NCBI GenBank assembly: GCA_964612105.1
Contig: CAZTEU010000003.1
Span: 3,050-67,049 of the forward strand
Origin: an uncultured Gammaproteobacteria bacterium
GTDB taxonomy: Bacteria; Patescibacteriota; Patescibacteriia; Magasanikbacterales; UBA922
Reading direction: 5' to 3'
Length of the DNA: 64,000 nucleotides
Shown: positions 38,423 through 49,298 of the stretch, one piece after another
Layout of the letters: every line of letters begins with the position of its first letter
How positions within the stretch are numbered: position 1 is the first letter of the stretch
Made by a program: the position numbers and the translations under genes
Notes under the pieces: generated by a model
Databases searched by the model: none
Seen by the model: only the letters and a program-made list of their open reading frames with translations
Told to the model about the DNA's origin: nothing

Positions 38423-39811
38423 TTAATTGTTTCCTTTAATAAATGGAGAACCTACAGCTATTATATCAAATCCTGCGCTCTGTAAATCAACATATCTGTG
38501 CTGTAGCATCCTACGACCATCCATGATAAGTGGTTTTCCATTGTCCTCTGCTATCATACTATCTGCAAGACCTCTAAACTGTGGCCAGTCAGTGGCAATA
38601 ACAACAACGTCAACTCCTTGGGTTGCATCAAACTCATGATTGAAATATTCAATGTTTGTTAGATTTTCAAAATTCTTTTTAAACCATGGCATTCCAGCTG
38701 GATCATATACATGGATTTTAGAAGCCCGTTTTTCTTGAAGAAAATTAACTATATCTATGCTAGGTGAGTTACGTATATCGTTTGTATCTCGTTTAAAGGC
38801 AGTGCCTATCAGTGCGACTGTCTTTCCAGACCAATCAAAATTAGCCTCTTTTTCTGCTCTAGACAAAAACAATTCTAGCTGTCTTTTGTTTGCTAGATAG
38901 ACCTCATTCACTAAATCTGCACTTTTCCCAGATGTCTGAAGTTGGTGAGAAAGAGAGCGCGCGTCTTTTATAAAACAACTACCACCGGCGTATAGGCTGT
39001 CGTAGAAACCCCACTTACCTATTCTTTTATCACTAACTAATACCTTTCTTATGTTCTCAAAACGTATATTTGGAAATGTCTCACTAACTCTACCAATTAC
39101 ATCAAAACATACCATAAGTTTGTTGAAAAGATAGAAATTTGCTAACAGCTTCCCAGCAGCAGCTTCTGTCGCGCTTACTTCTAAGTATGAAACATTTGGA
39201 TCATCATAGAATCTCTGATATACATTACGCATTACATCAAAATCTTCTTGTTTGTCTGCACCTACTACTACTCTGTCTGGCTTTATAGAACCATCAACAG
39301 CTTTTCCTTCTACTAAAAATTCAGGGTTAGACACTACCCCAAAGTTCTTTACACCAGCATCTTCCATTATCTGCTTGGTCTGGTCCACCATGCTAATTGG
39401 TACAGTACTCTTATTAACGATAACTATGTACTTGTTTTGTGCTCCATTATTTCTTTTCTTAAGAGCCTCAGCTAATTGAGTCGCGGCAGAGTTGTAATAG
39501 CTAAGATCACTTTCACCTGTCTCATTTATTTCTGGAGTAGGTAAGCACATGAATATAGCATCACAATCGTCCAGCTTTGATTCTACATCGGAATAGTCAT
39601 TTGTAAATTTAATATTCTCTTTATGACGAACAAGAAGATCTCCGAGTCCTTTTTCGAATAGACAAAGCTCTATTGTATCCCTATCGTTAGAGCCAAGCAT
39701 TTTTACTTTTTTTCCATCCACATCAAAAACCGTGGTTATGTGACCACTGTTTGCAGATACGGCAGCACTACATGCTCCTACGAAGCCTCCCCCTATATAG
39801 AGAATATTCAT
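38423..39811 (-). CDS. UDP-glucose/GDP-mannose dehydrogenase family protein (nucleotide-sugar 6-dehydrogenase)
   Basis: N-terminal GGGFVG Rossmann motif, catalytic-Cys motif GGSCFIKD, and a C-terminal UDP-binding domain. Confidence 0.88.
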   Translation of the reverse strand: MNILYIGGGFVGACSAAVSANSGHITTVFDVDGKKVKMLGSNDRDTIELCLFEKGLGDLLVRHKENIKFTNDYSDVESKLDDCDAIFMCLPTPEINETGESDLSYYNSAATQLAEALKKRNNGAQNKYIVIVNKSTVPISMVDQTKQIMEDAGVKNFGVVSNPEFLVEGKAVDGSIKPDRVVVGADKQEDFDVMRNVYQRFYDDPNVSYLEVSATEAAAGKLLANFYLFNKLMVCFDVIGRVSETFPNIRFENIRKVLVSDKRIGKWGFYDSLYAGGSCFIKDARSLSHQLQTSGKSADLVNEVYLANKRQLELFLSRAEKEANFDWSGKTVALIGTAFKRDTNDIRNSPSIDIVNFLQEKRASKIHVYDPAGMPWFKKNFENLTNIEYFNHEFDATQGVDVVVIATDWPQFRGLADSMIAEDNGKPLIMDGRRMLQHRYVDLQSAGFDIIAVGSPFIKGNN

Positions 39812-39873
39812 AATCGCTAATATTAATCCGCTTTATTTTAACCTATTTTCTATGTTAATGCCACACCCTATAG

Positions 39874-40935
39874 TCATCTGTACTCACCAAGATCAAGTAT
39901 GGGCTGTTCATTTTGTAACATTTTTTCTATTTCTTCCACACTAATTTTATCTTGCTCCTTGGTTGAGTATTCACTTTGCATAGCTTTTTTCATATCTGGA
40001 TAGTGGGTAGGTATATTATCCCCATCCGCACCAACAACAGGAGTCACCACGAACATATCATCTGCTTCAAGCGCGTACTCAGCCTCCTCGCCACTCAATA
40101 ATTTCTCATGCACTCTTTCACCTGACTTTTTTCCTATAATATCTATTCTTATTTGTTCAGGTTTGTAACCAAATCTTGGGGCATATACATTAATCATTGC
40201 TTGAGCTAAATCTTTTATATATAGGGCAGGCATTTTTAGTATGAATATTTCTCTATCACGCATCATGCGAGTGGCCTTAAATACTAACTCAACCGTTGAA
40301 GAGAGTGGCATGAAAAATCTAGTCATAGACAAGTCTGTTATTGTAACAGGGCCACCATTTTTAATTTGTTTATACCACAAAGGAAGAACAGACCCACGAC
40401 TCCATAATACATTTCCAAAACGTACAAAACTAAATTTAGTTTTTTTAAAACCTTTGTAATGGTAAGAAGCTAACATTATTTTTTCAGCAAGTGCTTTGGT
40501 GCAGCCCATTACGTTAGAAGGATCAGTAGCTTTGTCTGTGGAAATACCGACCACCTTTTCTACATTTTGTGCAAAAGCACAATCTATAAGATTTTGAGTT
40601 CCTAATACATTTGTTCTTACAGCCTCAAACGGATTTGCTTCACAAAAGACTACATGTTTTAGGGCGGCGGCATGAAATACAATGTCTATACCTTCCATAG
40701 AAAGCATAAGTCTTTCCTTATCCCTAATATCTCCAATTAAGTACCTCATTCTCAAGTCAGGACCTATACTCTGCATTAAATCGAGATGCTTCGATTCATC
40801 TCTACTGTATACACGAATTTGTTGTGGATTACACTTTAATAGTTCTTTAACAATAACAGAGCCGATTGAACCACTGCCTCCAGTTACTAAAATGCGTTTT
40901 CCTGAGAATTCTTCTACAGAATATCCTATATTCAT
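39874..40935 (-). CDS. UDP-GlcNAc 4,6-dehydratase, PseB/CapD/FlaA1-like (first committed step of a 2,4-diamino-2,4,6-trideoxyhexose / nonulosonate pathway)
   Basis: KRILVTGGSGSIGSVIVKELL and YSRDESK, with the size and profile of the Polysacc_synt_2 family. Confidence 0.8.
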   Translation of the reverse strand: MNIGYSVEEFSGKRILVTGGSGSIGSVIVKELLKCNPQQIRVYSRDESKHLDLMQSIGPDLRMRYLIGDIRDKERLMLSMEGIDIVFHAAALKHVVFCEANPFEAVRTNVLGTQNLIDCAFAQNVEKVVGISTDKATDPSNVMGCTKALAEKIMLASYHYKGFKKTKFSFVRFGNVLWSRGSVLPLWYKQIKNGGPVTITDLSMTRFFMPLSSTVELVFKATRMMRDREIFILKMPALYIKDLAQAMINVYAPRFGYKPEQIRIDIIGKKSGERVHEKLLSGEEAEYALEADDMFVVTPVVGADGDNIPTHYPDMKKAMQSEYSTKEQDKISVEEIEKMLQNEQPILDLGEYR

Positions 40936-40939
40936 AAGT

Positions 40940-42046
40940 TTACTTTATTTTTCTGACAAGCTCAGATACTATTATTTGTATGTCTTCTTCATTTAATCCC
41001 ACATAAAATGGCAGGGCCAATGATCTATCACTTATTCCTTCCGAGATTGGAAAATCACCGCGACCATATCCAAATCTTTTTTTGTACATATCAAACAAAT
41101 GGATGGAAGGTAAATATGGTTTTGTTGAAATACCACTCTTTTCCATAGATTCAATCACAGATATCCTGTCTGCACCGTTCAATATTTCCACAGTGTACAC
41201 AAACCAAGTGTTTGTGTTCCACTCCTTGGTCTTAGGAGTGCGTATAATATCGGAATAAGGTGCTAGTGCACTGGTATACCATGATGCTACCTCTCTTCTT
41301 TTCTCTATGAGGTAATCGCTTCTTTTAAGCTGCTCTACACCCATAGCAGCACTCATCTCATCCATTCGATAATTGTAGCCTAATTGAGTATGATCAAGCC
41401 AGCGCATATTAACACCTCTACCTTGGTTAGTCAAGCTACGACAATTTGATGCAAATTCTGAACTATCTGTACAAATCATACCCCCCTCACCCGTGGTAAT
41501 TTGCTTATTTGGATAAAAAGCAAACACACTTGATAATCCAAAAGTACCAACATTCTTATTTTTGTATTGTGCAAGCAGAGATTCACAGGCATCTTCAATA
41601 ACAATTAGATTATTACGTTCAGCTATATCTAATATCGAATCCATATCTGCAGATTGACCAAAAATATGAACAGGCAAGATAGCTTTCGTCTTCGGCGTAA
41701 TAGCACTCTCAATAAGGGTTGGGTCTATGTTATATGAGGTTGGATCTATATCTACAAAAACCGGCTTTGCGCCAACATATAACATACAATTGGCAGATGC
41801 AATAAAAGAAAATGGAGTTGTTATTACCTCATCTCCTGGTTTAATTCCAGCAGATAACATACTCAAATGCAGACCAGCTGTTCCACTACTGACTGCTACA
41901 GCAAATTTTGTCCCCACCTTTGACGCAAAAGATTTTTCAAACTCTTCTATCTTTGGACCCAGACTAAGTCTACCAGAATCAAGAACGCTCATTACAGCTT
42001 CTTTTTCTTCTGATCCTATGTAAGGTTTTGCTAAGGAATATCTCAT
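40940..42046 (-). CDS. PLP-dependent sugar aminotransferase (DegT/DnrJ/EryC1/StrS family; PseC/LegC-like)
   Basis: Family-typical N-terminus (KPYIGSEEKEAVMSVLDSGRLSLGPKIEEFE) and length. Confidence 0.88.
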   Translation of the reverse strand: MRYSLAKPYIGSEEKEAVMSVLDSGRLSLGPKIEEFEKSFASKVGTKFAVAVSSGTAGLHLSMLSAGIKPGDEVITTPFSFIASANCMLYVGAKPVFVDIDPTSYNIDPTLIESAITPKTKAILPVHIFGQSADMDSILDIAERNNLIVIEDACESLLAQYKNKNVGTFGLSSVFAFYPNKQITTGEGGMICTDSSEFASNCRSLTNQGRGVNMRWLDHTQLGYNYRMDEMSAAMGVEQLKRSDYLIEKRREVASWYTSALAPYSDIIRTPKTKEWNTNTWFVYTVEILNGADRISVIESMEKSGISTKPYLPSIHLFDMYKKRFGYGRGDFPISEGISDRSLALPFYVGLNEEDIQIIVSELVRKIK

Positions 42047-42048
42047 AT

Positions 42049-43008
42049 TTAGTTTGTTGGGCTAGTTATAAAAAACCTAGTACCCATTCTTATGTACTCA
42101 CTTGCCGGTTTTTCAATACTACCAACAATAACAGAATTAATTGTAATGTATCCGTCCTTCGTAGTTACTTTAACTCCACCTTGCTCAGTCTTTCCAAAAA
42201 CAATTCCACCAACTGGAGATATTCTAGTAGTATCTTTAGGTAGCTCTACCTTTTGAAAAATGACTTTTTTCTTTTTTGTATATGCAAACGCTCCTGGATA
42301 AGGACTGGTCTGGGCACGTATCCAGTTATATACATCTTTTGTGTTGGAATTAAAATTTGTAACACCATCCGCTTCTGTACGTTTTGGAAAATACCACCCA
42401 TCGTAGGGGTTTTGTTTTGTTGGATTTACTGTATTATTCTCTATCTGACTTACAGCTTCGCACACTGCCTCAGGAAAGACTCCTAAAATCTTCTTTAGAA
42501 CATCGCTTGCATAATCACTTTCTTCTATAGAAAATTTCTTTTGTAAAATTATGTCTCCCGTATCTATAGTCTCATCAACAAAGTGAACAGTTACAGCACC
42601 TTCTTTTTCCCCATTTATTATACTCCAAGCAATGGGAGCACGCCCCCTATATCTTGGCAGTGGCGCTCCATGGGCATTTATTATTGTATATCTATTAATT
42701 AACTCTTTTTTTATTATTTGGTGATATGATGCAGATATAAGAATTTCAGGACTAAGATTTTCAATCTCACGCATGGACTCTTCTGCGTTTATATTTTCTG
42801 GTTGGAGAACCTTCAATCCCTTTTTTATTGCATAATCCTTTAAAGACATGTATAAACCTTCTGTTTCAAGCTTATTGTAAAACTCATTTTCTTTATTATC
42901 AAATTCATCAGTCTCACACACAACACCAATAACATTATGACCCCTGCTCAAAAGGGCATCTAATGTCAGGCAGGCCCACTTTCCATTTCCCATTAATAAA
43001 ACTTTCAT
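42049..43008 (-). CDS. formyltransferase (Fmt/ArnA-N-like) - predicted sugar N-formyltransferase
   Basis: Formyl_trans_N motif HGAPLPRYRGRAPIAWSIINGE and a C-terminal Formyl_trans_C-like domain. Located inside the sugar operon. Confidence 0.7.
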   Translation of the reverse strand: MKVLLMGNGKWACLTLDALLSRGHNVIGVVCETDEFDNKENEFYNKLETEGLYMSLKDYAIKKGLKVLQPENINAEESMREIENLSPEILISASYHQIIKKELINRYTIINAHGAPLPRYRGRAPIAWSIINGEKEGAVTVHFVDETIDTGDIILQKKFSIEESDYASDVLKKILGVFPEAVCEAVSQIENNTVNPTKQNPYDGWYFPKRTEADGVTNFNSNTKDVYNWIRAQTSPYPGAFAYTKKKKVIFQKVELPKDTTRISPVGGIVFGKTEQGGVKVTTKDGYITINSVIVGSIEKPASEYIRMGTRFFITSPTN

Positions 43009-43017
43009 AAATGCTAA

Positions 43018-44184
43018 TTAGTAAGTTATTTTTTTGTCTATTAATTTTTTATCCAAAGACAATTCAGTAAGAATGTCAGCAATTTGTTTTCCAGCAGTCC
43101 CGTCTCCATAAGGATTTTTGCACACTTCAACTTTCTTTTTAAAATCTTCATCTTTAATTGACATATTTATAGCTTTTTCAATATCATCTAAATTGTGGTC
43201 AGTGTGTATCACATTTTCAGCGCGCTCCCTGCCCTTTTGTCTATTTCCAATATCAACAACAGGAGTCTTAAGACTTGGAGCCTCCAATATACCACTGCTC
43301 GAATTCCCAACTAATACTGAAGTGTATTTTATTAGACTTAGATAATTAATACGATCAAGATTTTTAAATACATGAACCCAATCCTCATTCTCCACTTTTT
43401 TTATGATATTAATTATTTGTGAACTACCAGAATCAGCATTTGGGTATATCAATACAACTGGTAATCCAATTTTTCTTAAAGCACTTATAGTGGTGGTATA
43501 TTGCTCTGCAGCACTTTTTGTCTCAGACGTTACAGGGTGTTGAACAAATACGATATAATTTTCTTGCTCACTTATTGGTAAATCAAGTACACTCATTAGA
43601 GTTCTTTTATCAGGAAATTTCTCATTCAATAATAGATCAAGACCTGGGGCTCCTACATTATGGACTCTCCACGGCTCTTCCCCCAAATTAATGATTCTAT
43701 CAGCACTTTGTTTTGAAACTGGAAAATGTATGTGAGATAATTTTGTGGTAGCATGACGAACAGAATCATCAATACAACCAGACACATCGCCACCGTGAAC
43801 ATGTGCCACTGGAATGTTCATATGAGACGCAGCTATAGCAGATGCTAAAGTAAAACCTAAATCAGTCATAGCTATAACAATATCTGGTCTATCTTCCTCA
43901 AAAAGCCTAGTGAGCCCTTGTATGCACAGAGCTATGCTATCTGCCATATCCCTACCTGTTGTTCTTTCGTCATGATTAGTCTCTATTATTGATGCAATTG
44001 TAAAACCATCTTCACGAATTAAATCTAATGTGCGTCCATACTTTTTCAAAAGGTGCATACCTGTGACAACAAGCTGTAATTCCAAATGTGGATTATTTTC
44101 TATAGCCTTAAGAATTGGGTAACTGAGTCCATATTCTGCTCTCGTTCCACTAACTAAACAAATTTTCTTTTTCATTGATGACAT
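43018..44184 (-). CDS. UDP-N-acetylglucosamine 2-epimerase (hydrolysing; NeuC/LegG/PseG-class)
   Basis: ICLVSGTRAEYGLSYPILKAI...VVTGMHL and a catalytic His-containing region (HVHGGDVSG). Confidence 0.85.
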   Translation of the reverse strand: MSSMKKKICLVSGTRAEYGLSYPILKAIENNPHLELQLVVTGMHLLKKYGRTLDLIREDGFTIASIIETNHDERTTGRDMADSIALCIQGLTRLFEEDRPDIVIAMTDLGFTLASAIAASHMNIPVAHVHGGDVSGCIDDSVRHATTKLSHIHFPVSKQSADRIINLGEEPWRVHNVGAPGLDLLLNEKFPDKRTLMSVLDLPISEQENYIVFVQHPVTSETKSAAEQYTTTISALRKIGLPVVLIYPNADSGSSQIINIIKKVENEDWVHVFKNLDRINYLSLIKYTSVLVGNSSSGILEAPSLKTPVVDIGNRQKGRERAENVIHTDHNLDDIEKAINMSIKDEDFKKKVEVCKNPYGDGTAGKQIADILTELSLDKKLIDKKITY

Positions 44185-44192
44185 ATTTATTT

Positions 44193-45242
44193 CTATTCAA
44201 AATATTCCTTACTCAGGAGTGTATCTTCCTCTATTCTTTTAGTTACAGTCTTGCCCAGAACTAAGTGTATGTCTGTTGGCGGTATTCCAGTACCTGGTCT
44301 TTTTATTGTTATTAGATCTTCAGAAATAACAGTACCCGGATCCATGGCAACTTTTGCAATAATACTTTTCCTTGCCACATCTCTTGTATCTATCTCTTCT
44401 TGTGAACACAACTTTTTGTCAGTACCAAGCATTGCCTCACTTTGTCTTATTGCGAATACCATTTCTTTAAGCTCTTCCGGATTAAGTGACGCAGCGTGGT
44501 CTGGTCCGTCCATGTCCTTATCTAGAGTAAAATGTTTCTCAATTACACATGCACCCAAAGAGGTTGCTATTATGTCTGCATATACACCTTTACTATGATC
44601 CGAATATCCTACTAAAGCGTCAATTTCCTCTTTCATTCTACTAATTGCTTTCATATTTAGACTATCTTCCTTTGCTGGATAGTTTGATGTGCAGTGCAAA
44701 AATATCAAATCAGCGTTTCCACTCTCTTTTATTATATTGAAAGAGTCGTGCACCTCCTTCATAGTAGACATACCAGTAGAAACAATCATAGGCTTCCCTT
44801 TTTTAGCAATGTGTTTAAGATAGGGAAAATTGTTAATCTCTCCAGATGGTATCTTATATGCATCAACACCCAAGGAATCCAAAAAATTCGCATCTTCTAC
44901 AGAAAAGGGTGCGGACAGAAATATTACCCCCTTTTCTTCACAGTAAGCTTTCAAAATTCCATGATAGCTGTCTTTTAACTCTAATCTTTTCAACATATCA
45001 AACTGAGTCTCATTTCTTCCAATATTTTTTTTCTGATACTTGGCTTGTTTAGCTGATTTTGTGACCAAGTGTTCCGCTTTAAAAGTTTGAAACTTAACAG
45101 CATCAACACCAGCTTCCAGAGCAGCATCTATTAGACGTTTAGCAATTTCCAAATCGCCATTATGATTAACACCAGCCTCCGCAATTATAAACACAGGATA
45201 TCCGTCGCCAATCATTTTATTTCCTATTTTTATCTGTCTCAT
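44193..45242 (-). CDS. nonulosonic acid synthase (NeuB/PseI/LegI family; N-acetylneuraminate synthase-like) with C-terminal SAF domain
   Basis: PVFIIAEAGVNHNGDLEIAKRLIDAA...AVKFQTF TIM-barrel signature; 349 aa. Confidence 0.88.
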   Translation of the reverse strand: MRQIKIGNKMIGDGYPVFIIAEAGVNHNGDLEIAKRLIDAALEAGVDAVKFQTFKAEHLVTKSAKQAKYQKKNIGRNETQFDMLKRLELKDSYHGILKAYCEEKGVIFLSAPFSVEDANFLDSLGVDAYKIPSGEINNFPYLKHIAKKGKPMIVSTGMSTMKEVHDSFNIIKESGNADLIFLHCTSNYPAKEDSLNMKAISRMKEEIDALVGYSDHSKGVYADIIATSLGACVIEKHFTLDKDMDGPDHAASLNPEELKEMVFAIRQSEAMLGTDKKLCSQEEIDTRDVARKSIIAKVAMDPGTVISEDLITIKRPGTGIPPTDIHLVLGKTVTKRIEEDTLLSKEYFE

Positions 45243-45244
45243 AC

Positions 45245-46279
45245 TTATCCTAATTTGTTTAGTAATTTTCTACTACCATCTTTGTTGCTTTCTTCGAGTG
45301 CAAATAGTGTTTTTAAGAGAGCATGATCTTCCTCAAAAGAGTATGGATATTTTTTTTGATCTAAAATAGCATCCAAAAATACAGACATCTCTTCCCTATA
45401 CATATCCTCTGTAGTTACATAATTTTTTTCGTTTTCACCCTTTTTCAGATTGATTGACTCCCACTCTTGCTTGAGTGAATCATACACACGTATTTTATAG
45501 TCCTGCCATTCCCAATCAAGAATCCCGTTTTCTCCGACTAGCCTGAGAGTTCTAAAAGGATATCTGGATAACACGTCGATTACTATATTACCAATAATCC
45601 CAGAATCAAACTCTACAATTGAGGCAAAATAATCGTCTGCTGACATATCCAAGTCGGATAAAGAACTTACAACACCTTGAACTGAAGAAGGTTTAGAATT
45701 TAATACATCAGTCAGCCAAATAAGCTCAAAAGGGAACATTTCTCTACAAGCCCCTGTTTCTTTCTTTGAAAAGTAAACTTCTCTATAATCCTCCCACGGA
45801 TGCCAGTCAGGTAAATACTGCCCCATATGATACTGAAATGATAGTATCTTACCCAGCTTTCCAGATGCTACAATCTTTTTAATCTCCTTTATTGCAGGAA
45901 AATACCTAAATGTATGTGATGGGGCGGATACAAATGACCCGTCTAAAAGACCATATAATTCATCATACCCATCATCCACCGTCGTAACTTCCACAAAAAA
46001 ATGTTTTTTCTTTCTTGCGGCTCTTAAAAAATAGTCACTATGCTTGTTTGGTGGAGTCGAGATAATATAAACATCAGGATTGAATTCCAACTCAGCTTCC
46101 TCGAGTGAGGTGCTAGTTTTAACACCAAATATTTCCTCCACCTCTTTACACCTATCGGCGGACAAATCAAATCCAAAAATATTATCACTTTTTATTCCAT
46201 GAAATAGTAAATTGCGGATACGCCTCTTTCCCATTGACCCTAGTCCGATTTGCACAAATTTAAAATCACTTATTTCCAT
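45245..46279 (-). CDS. Gfo/Idh/MocA-family NAD(P)-dependent oxidoreductase
   Basis: N-terminal Rossmann fold (FVQIGLGSMGKRRIRNL) and an EKP-like motif; operon context. Confidence 0.7.
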   Translation of the reverse strand: MEISDFKFVQIGLGSMGKRRIRNLLFHGIKSDNIFGFDLSADRCKEVEEIFGVKTSTSLEEAELEFNPDVYIISTPPNKHSDYFLRAARKKKHFFVEVTTVDDGYDELYGLLDGSFVSAPSHTFRYFPAIKEIKKIVASGKLGKILSFQYHMGQYLPDWHPWEDYREVYFSKKETGACREMFPFELIWLTDVLNSKPSSVQGVVSSLSDLDMSADDYFASIVEFDSGIIGNIVIDVLSRYPFRTLRLVGENGILDWEWQDYKIRVYDSLKQEWESINLKKGENEKNYVTTEDMYREEMSVFLDAILDQKKYPYSFEEDHALLKTLFALEESNKDGSRKLLNKLG

Positions 46280-47204
46280 ACTTTTTTATTTTGTAAATGA
46301 TTTTCATATCGTGGATTGCCTCATCAATGTTTGTAAAAAATTCTCCAGACTCTAGCTTTTTTAGGAAGTTAATTACTTCCTCTTTGTACATGTCATTTCT
46401 CAATGACGAAACATTCTCTATTTCTCTTCCATTATCTTTCTGAACAGTAATTATTCCAGAATTGGAATCCCAAAGAATACTTCCTTTTTCACCAGAAATC
46501 TCCAAAGAACGCCTTGAGGGAACTCTTACGCAGTCCTGATGAACTGAAACTTTAATCCCAGACTCACTTACTAAATTAATTTCTGTAAAATCTTCCACAT
46601 CAGTTTTGAGATCAGAAATGTGATCAACAACAGAATTTACGTATTCAAGCTTCTCTTGTATCATCCATGATGGATAGTTTATGTCGTGAACAAGATCCAG
46701 AACCACCCCACCACCTTCAGTCTTTTTAGAAGAATAGCAATTTTCATAACTTCTCTTTCTCCAACTTCTCAAGTCCTGCCCAACAAAAGCTCTAATATAA
46801 TATACATTGCCAATTTCTGACTGATTAATAATTTCTTTTATTCTAATAAACGGTTCAAAGAGCTGAAAATTATAGCCTAGCCAAAAACTTATACTGTTTT
46901 CCTCTAATTTCGTTCTTATTTCCTCTAAATTCTCCAAATTATGAGACAGTGGTTTTTCTACAAAGATCGCTTTTGGGTTCATCTTTATTGCTTTCTCAAT
47001 CGTACTAATGTGACTAGCAGTCTCATTCGTAACAAAAATAGCTTCAAGAGGACCTTTTTCCTCCAGCTCTTTCCAGTTTGCTACACAGGTGAAATCAGAA
47101 ACATCACTACGACTTGTAAGAACTATGACTTCATGTGACAATTCTTTTAGATTTTGAGCATGTCTGGACCCTATTGATCCAAATCCTATGAGTCCTATCT
47201 TCAT
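46266..47204 (-). CDS. Gfo/Idh/MocA-family NAD(P)-dependent oxidoreductase
   Basis: MKIGLIGFGSIGSRHAQNL...FVEKPLS; overlaps neighbouring genes. Confidence 0.7.
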   Translation of the reverse strand: MKIGLIGFGSIGSRHAQNLKELSHEVIVLTSRSDVSDFTCVANWKELEEKGPLEAIFVTNETASHISTIEKAIKMNPKAIFVEKPLSHNLENLEEIRTKLEENSISFWLGYNFQLFEPFIRIKEIINQSEIGNVYYIRAFVGQDLRSWRKRSYENCYSSKKTEGGGVVLDLVHDINYPSWMIQEKLEYVNSVVDHISDLKTDVEDFTEINLVSESGIKVSVHQDCVRVPSRRSLEISGEKGSILWDSNSGIITVQKDNGREIENVSSLRNDMYKEEVINFLKKLESGEFFTNIDEAIHDMKIIYKIKKYGNK

Positions 47205-47935
47205 ATTTGTTTGAATAAGCTTAACTCGCTCAATATTTTATCTTTGTTTTTAAAAAGATTTTCAGCAATTACCCAGTCTTCTGGACTATCCAAATCCACA
47301 GATCTCCACTTTGGACAGATTATAGCTTTTGTATTATCAGTAATAATTCTTTTTTCTCTTATCAAATCCTCAGTTCTAACAATATACACAAAGCACCCAT
47401 TAAGTATGTATCCAGGGCGCCACTCTTGTACATTTGTGGACTGCCCTTCATTACCATTAACTAAAATTATATTATTATCGTCATCCATGTTGTAAAAACG
47501 AGGGTGCGTAGGGCAAACTGTCAAAACCGTAGTCGCATCTGAGCTCTGCATTAAATTCCAACAATTTTCAATATCTTTCATTTCTCGCAGTGGTGATGTG
47601 GTTTGTAAAATCATTACATATTCAGGGGTATAATTTTCTGTTTCCTTTAATTTTTTCAGCAGAAATAAAATACTATCAACAACCTTTGATTTGTCCTGTG
47701 CAAGTTCTTCTGGACGAAGTCTTGGCACCTCTGCGCCATATTTACGTGCAATACTAGCTATTTCCTCCGAATCTGTATCAACAACAAGACGAGAAGAAAA
47801 AACCACGGACTTTGCTTGTCCTATAGCGTAAGCGATAAGAGGCTTTCCACAAAAATCTTTTATATTTTTTCCAGGAATCCTTTTAGACCCGCCACGTGCA
47901 GGGATTATTGTTAACACTTTTTGTTTCTCATTCAT
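47201..47935 (-). CDS. CMP-nonulosonate synthetase (acylneuraminate cytidylyltransferase family; NeuA/PseF/LegF-like)
   Basis: LTIIPARGGSKRIPGKNIKDFCGKPLIAY, the CTP_transf_3 signature. Confidence 0.85.
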   Translation of the reverse strand: MNEKQKVLTIIPARGGSKRIPGKNIKDFCGKPLIAYAIGQAKSVVFSSRLVVDTDSEEIASIARKYGAEVPRLRPEELAQDKSKVVDSILFLLKKLKETENYTPEYVMILQTTSPLREMKDIENCWNLMQSSDATTVLTVCPTHPRFYNMDDDNNIILVNGNEGQSTNVQEWRPGYILNGCFVYIVRTEDLIREKRIITDNTKAIICPKWRSVDLDSPEDWVIAENLFKNKDKILSELSLFKQI

Positions 47936-47953
47936 AAACAGAAATGTCTTTAA

Positions 47954-49249
47954 TTATACTACTTTTTTTCTTAACACCCACTCACCATTTACTTTGTTCC
48001 ACAGATGAGGAGATCTAAAAGAATCGGTCAGTTCATTGAAGTAGTCTCTTGTCATTATAGGATTATCAAATTTTTTATAGCAATTAGGAAATTCCTTTTG
48101 GTTAATACTTAGATATTCGAAATTATCTTTCTCAAACCTGTAGGGATACTCGCCGTCAAATCTATTCACAAGCGCTACCCCTTCTTCCCTATTTATATCT
48201 CCAGAACGTATTTCTTGAGAAGCATCATATGTTGCACGACCGATACCAAACTTTATATAAGTAGTATAATAATGAAGATCATCTATCTTGTCATCTATAC
48301 TATTATATTTACTATATGTTCCTGGGGTCCTCTCTGGAGAAGCTTGAAAACCTCCGTGCTCTGATGCGTAATAATAACAACTCTGTGGGTGCCACTTTAA
48401 GTAATATCCTAAATAGTGAACTTGTGCTCCAACCTTATCCAAATCATCTGGATTTGCTGGCATGTAGGTGTGCAGGTCGTTTTTATTAAGGCCATATTCT
48501 TGTGTAAGCTCTTCCAAAGATACGCCTGCAAGATAAATTTTTGAATCATCATCTGAAGTAAAATATGACCAATCTCTTTGTGGTTTTTGACTATCGCTTA
48601 AAGGGTTTCCGTATTCAGCTTCATTCTCTCCATAAAAAATTAGAGATATATTAAACAGTGCAGCCATTTTTGGGGCTAGAGCCTTTTGCCCAATCATAAA
48701 TGGCTGGAAAGGATGAAATATATTTTCTACAGCCAATCTTGTTAAGAGTCTGTGAACTCTTGTGTTTGGTGTACAAAGATAATTGTCAAACCCTGCCCCA
48801 ATCCAGGATTGAAAATTCTTCCATCCCCAATCGGTATACATGTGCGGTGCCCATGTTACAGTCAAAGGGTTCATTCCATATTTGTATTTCAGTATATGAG
48901 ATGCATAGAAACTGTCCTTTCCCCCAGATCCAGGTAAAATACAATCAAAACTCCCATCGTTCTTTCGAAATCTATTGCATAGCTCTATTAGCTCTTTCTC
49001 TCTGTCATCCCAATTTATATTCTTCTTACTCTCTGCAACATGACACGCGTCACAAATACCATTCTCATCAAAATTGATAGTTCCTTTCTTAGTCTTACTT
49101 GTATGCTTATATTCAACCGCTGAGTTTGGTCTCTGGTTTGATATTACACACTTCTTGCAAAAAAAGACATCTTTTGGAAGTCCGTATTTTGCCTCAATCA
49201 AGGGTAAATTTTCCATAAATATAGACATTAAAAAATACCTAATAAACAA
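47954..49249 (-). CDS. N-acetyl sugar amidotransferase (PP-loop ATPase; PseA/WbpG/LegA-like, makes acetamidino groups)
   Basis: PP-loop SGGKDS (ILPGSGGKDSFYASH) preceded by a Cys-rich region (FFCKKCV...CDAC). Likely start is the Met at 49219. Confidence 0.8.
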   Translation of the reverse strand: MFIRYFLMSIFMENLPLIEAKYGLPKDVFFCKKCVISNQRPNSAVEYKHTSKTKKGTINFDENGICDACHVAESKKNINWDDREKELIELCNRFRKNDGSFDCILPGSGGKDSFYASHILKYKYGMNPLTVTWAPHMYTDWGWKNFQSWIGAGFDNYLCTPNTRVHRLLTRLAVENIFHPFQPFMIGQKALAPKMAALFNISLIFYGENEAEYGNPLSDSQKPQRDWSYFTSDDDSKIYLAGVSLEELTQEYGLNKNDLHTYMPANPDDLDKVGAQVHYLGYYLKWHPQSCYYYASEHGGFQASPERTPGTYSKYNSIDDKIDDLHYYTTYIKFGIGRATYDASQEIRSGDINREEGVALVNRFDGEYPYRFEKDNFEYLSINQKEFPNCYKKFDNPIMTRDYFNELTDSFRSPHLWNKVNGEWVLRKKVV

Positions 49250-49298
49250 AAGTAGGTATAAGTATACTATATGAAAACCCTCTTTATGTCAACCGTAA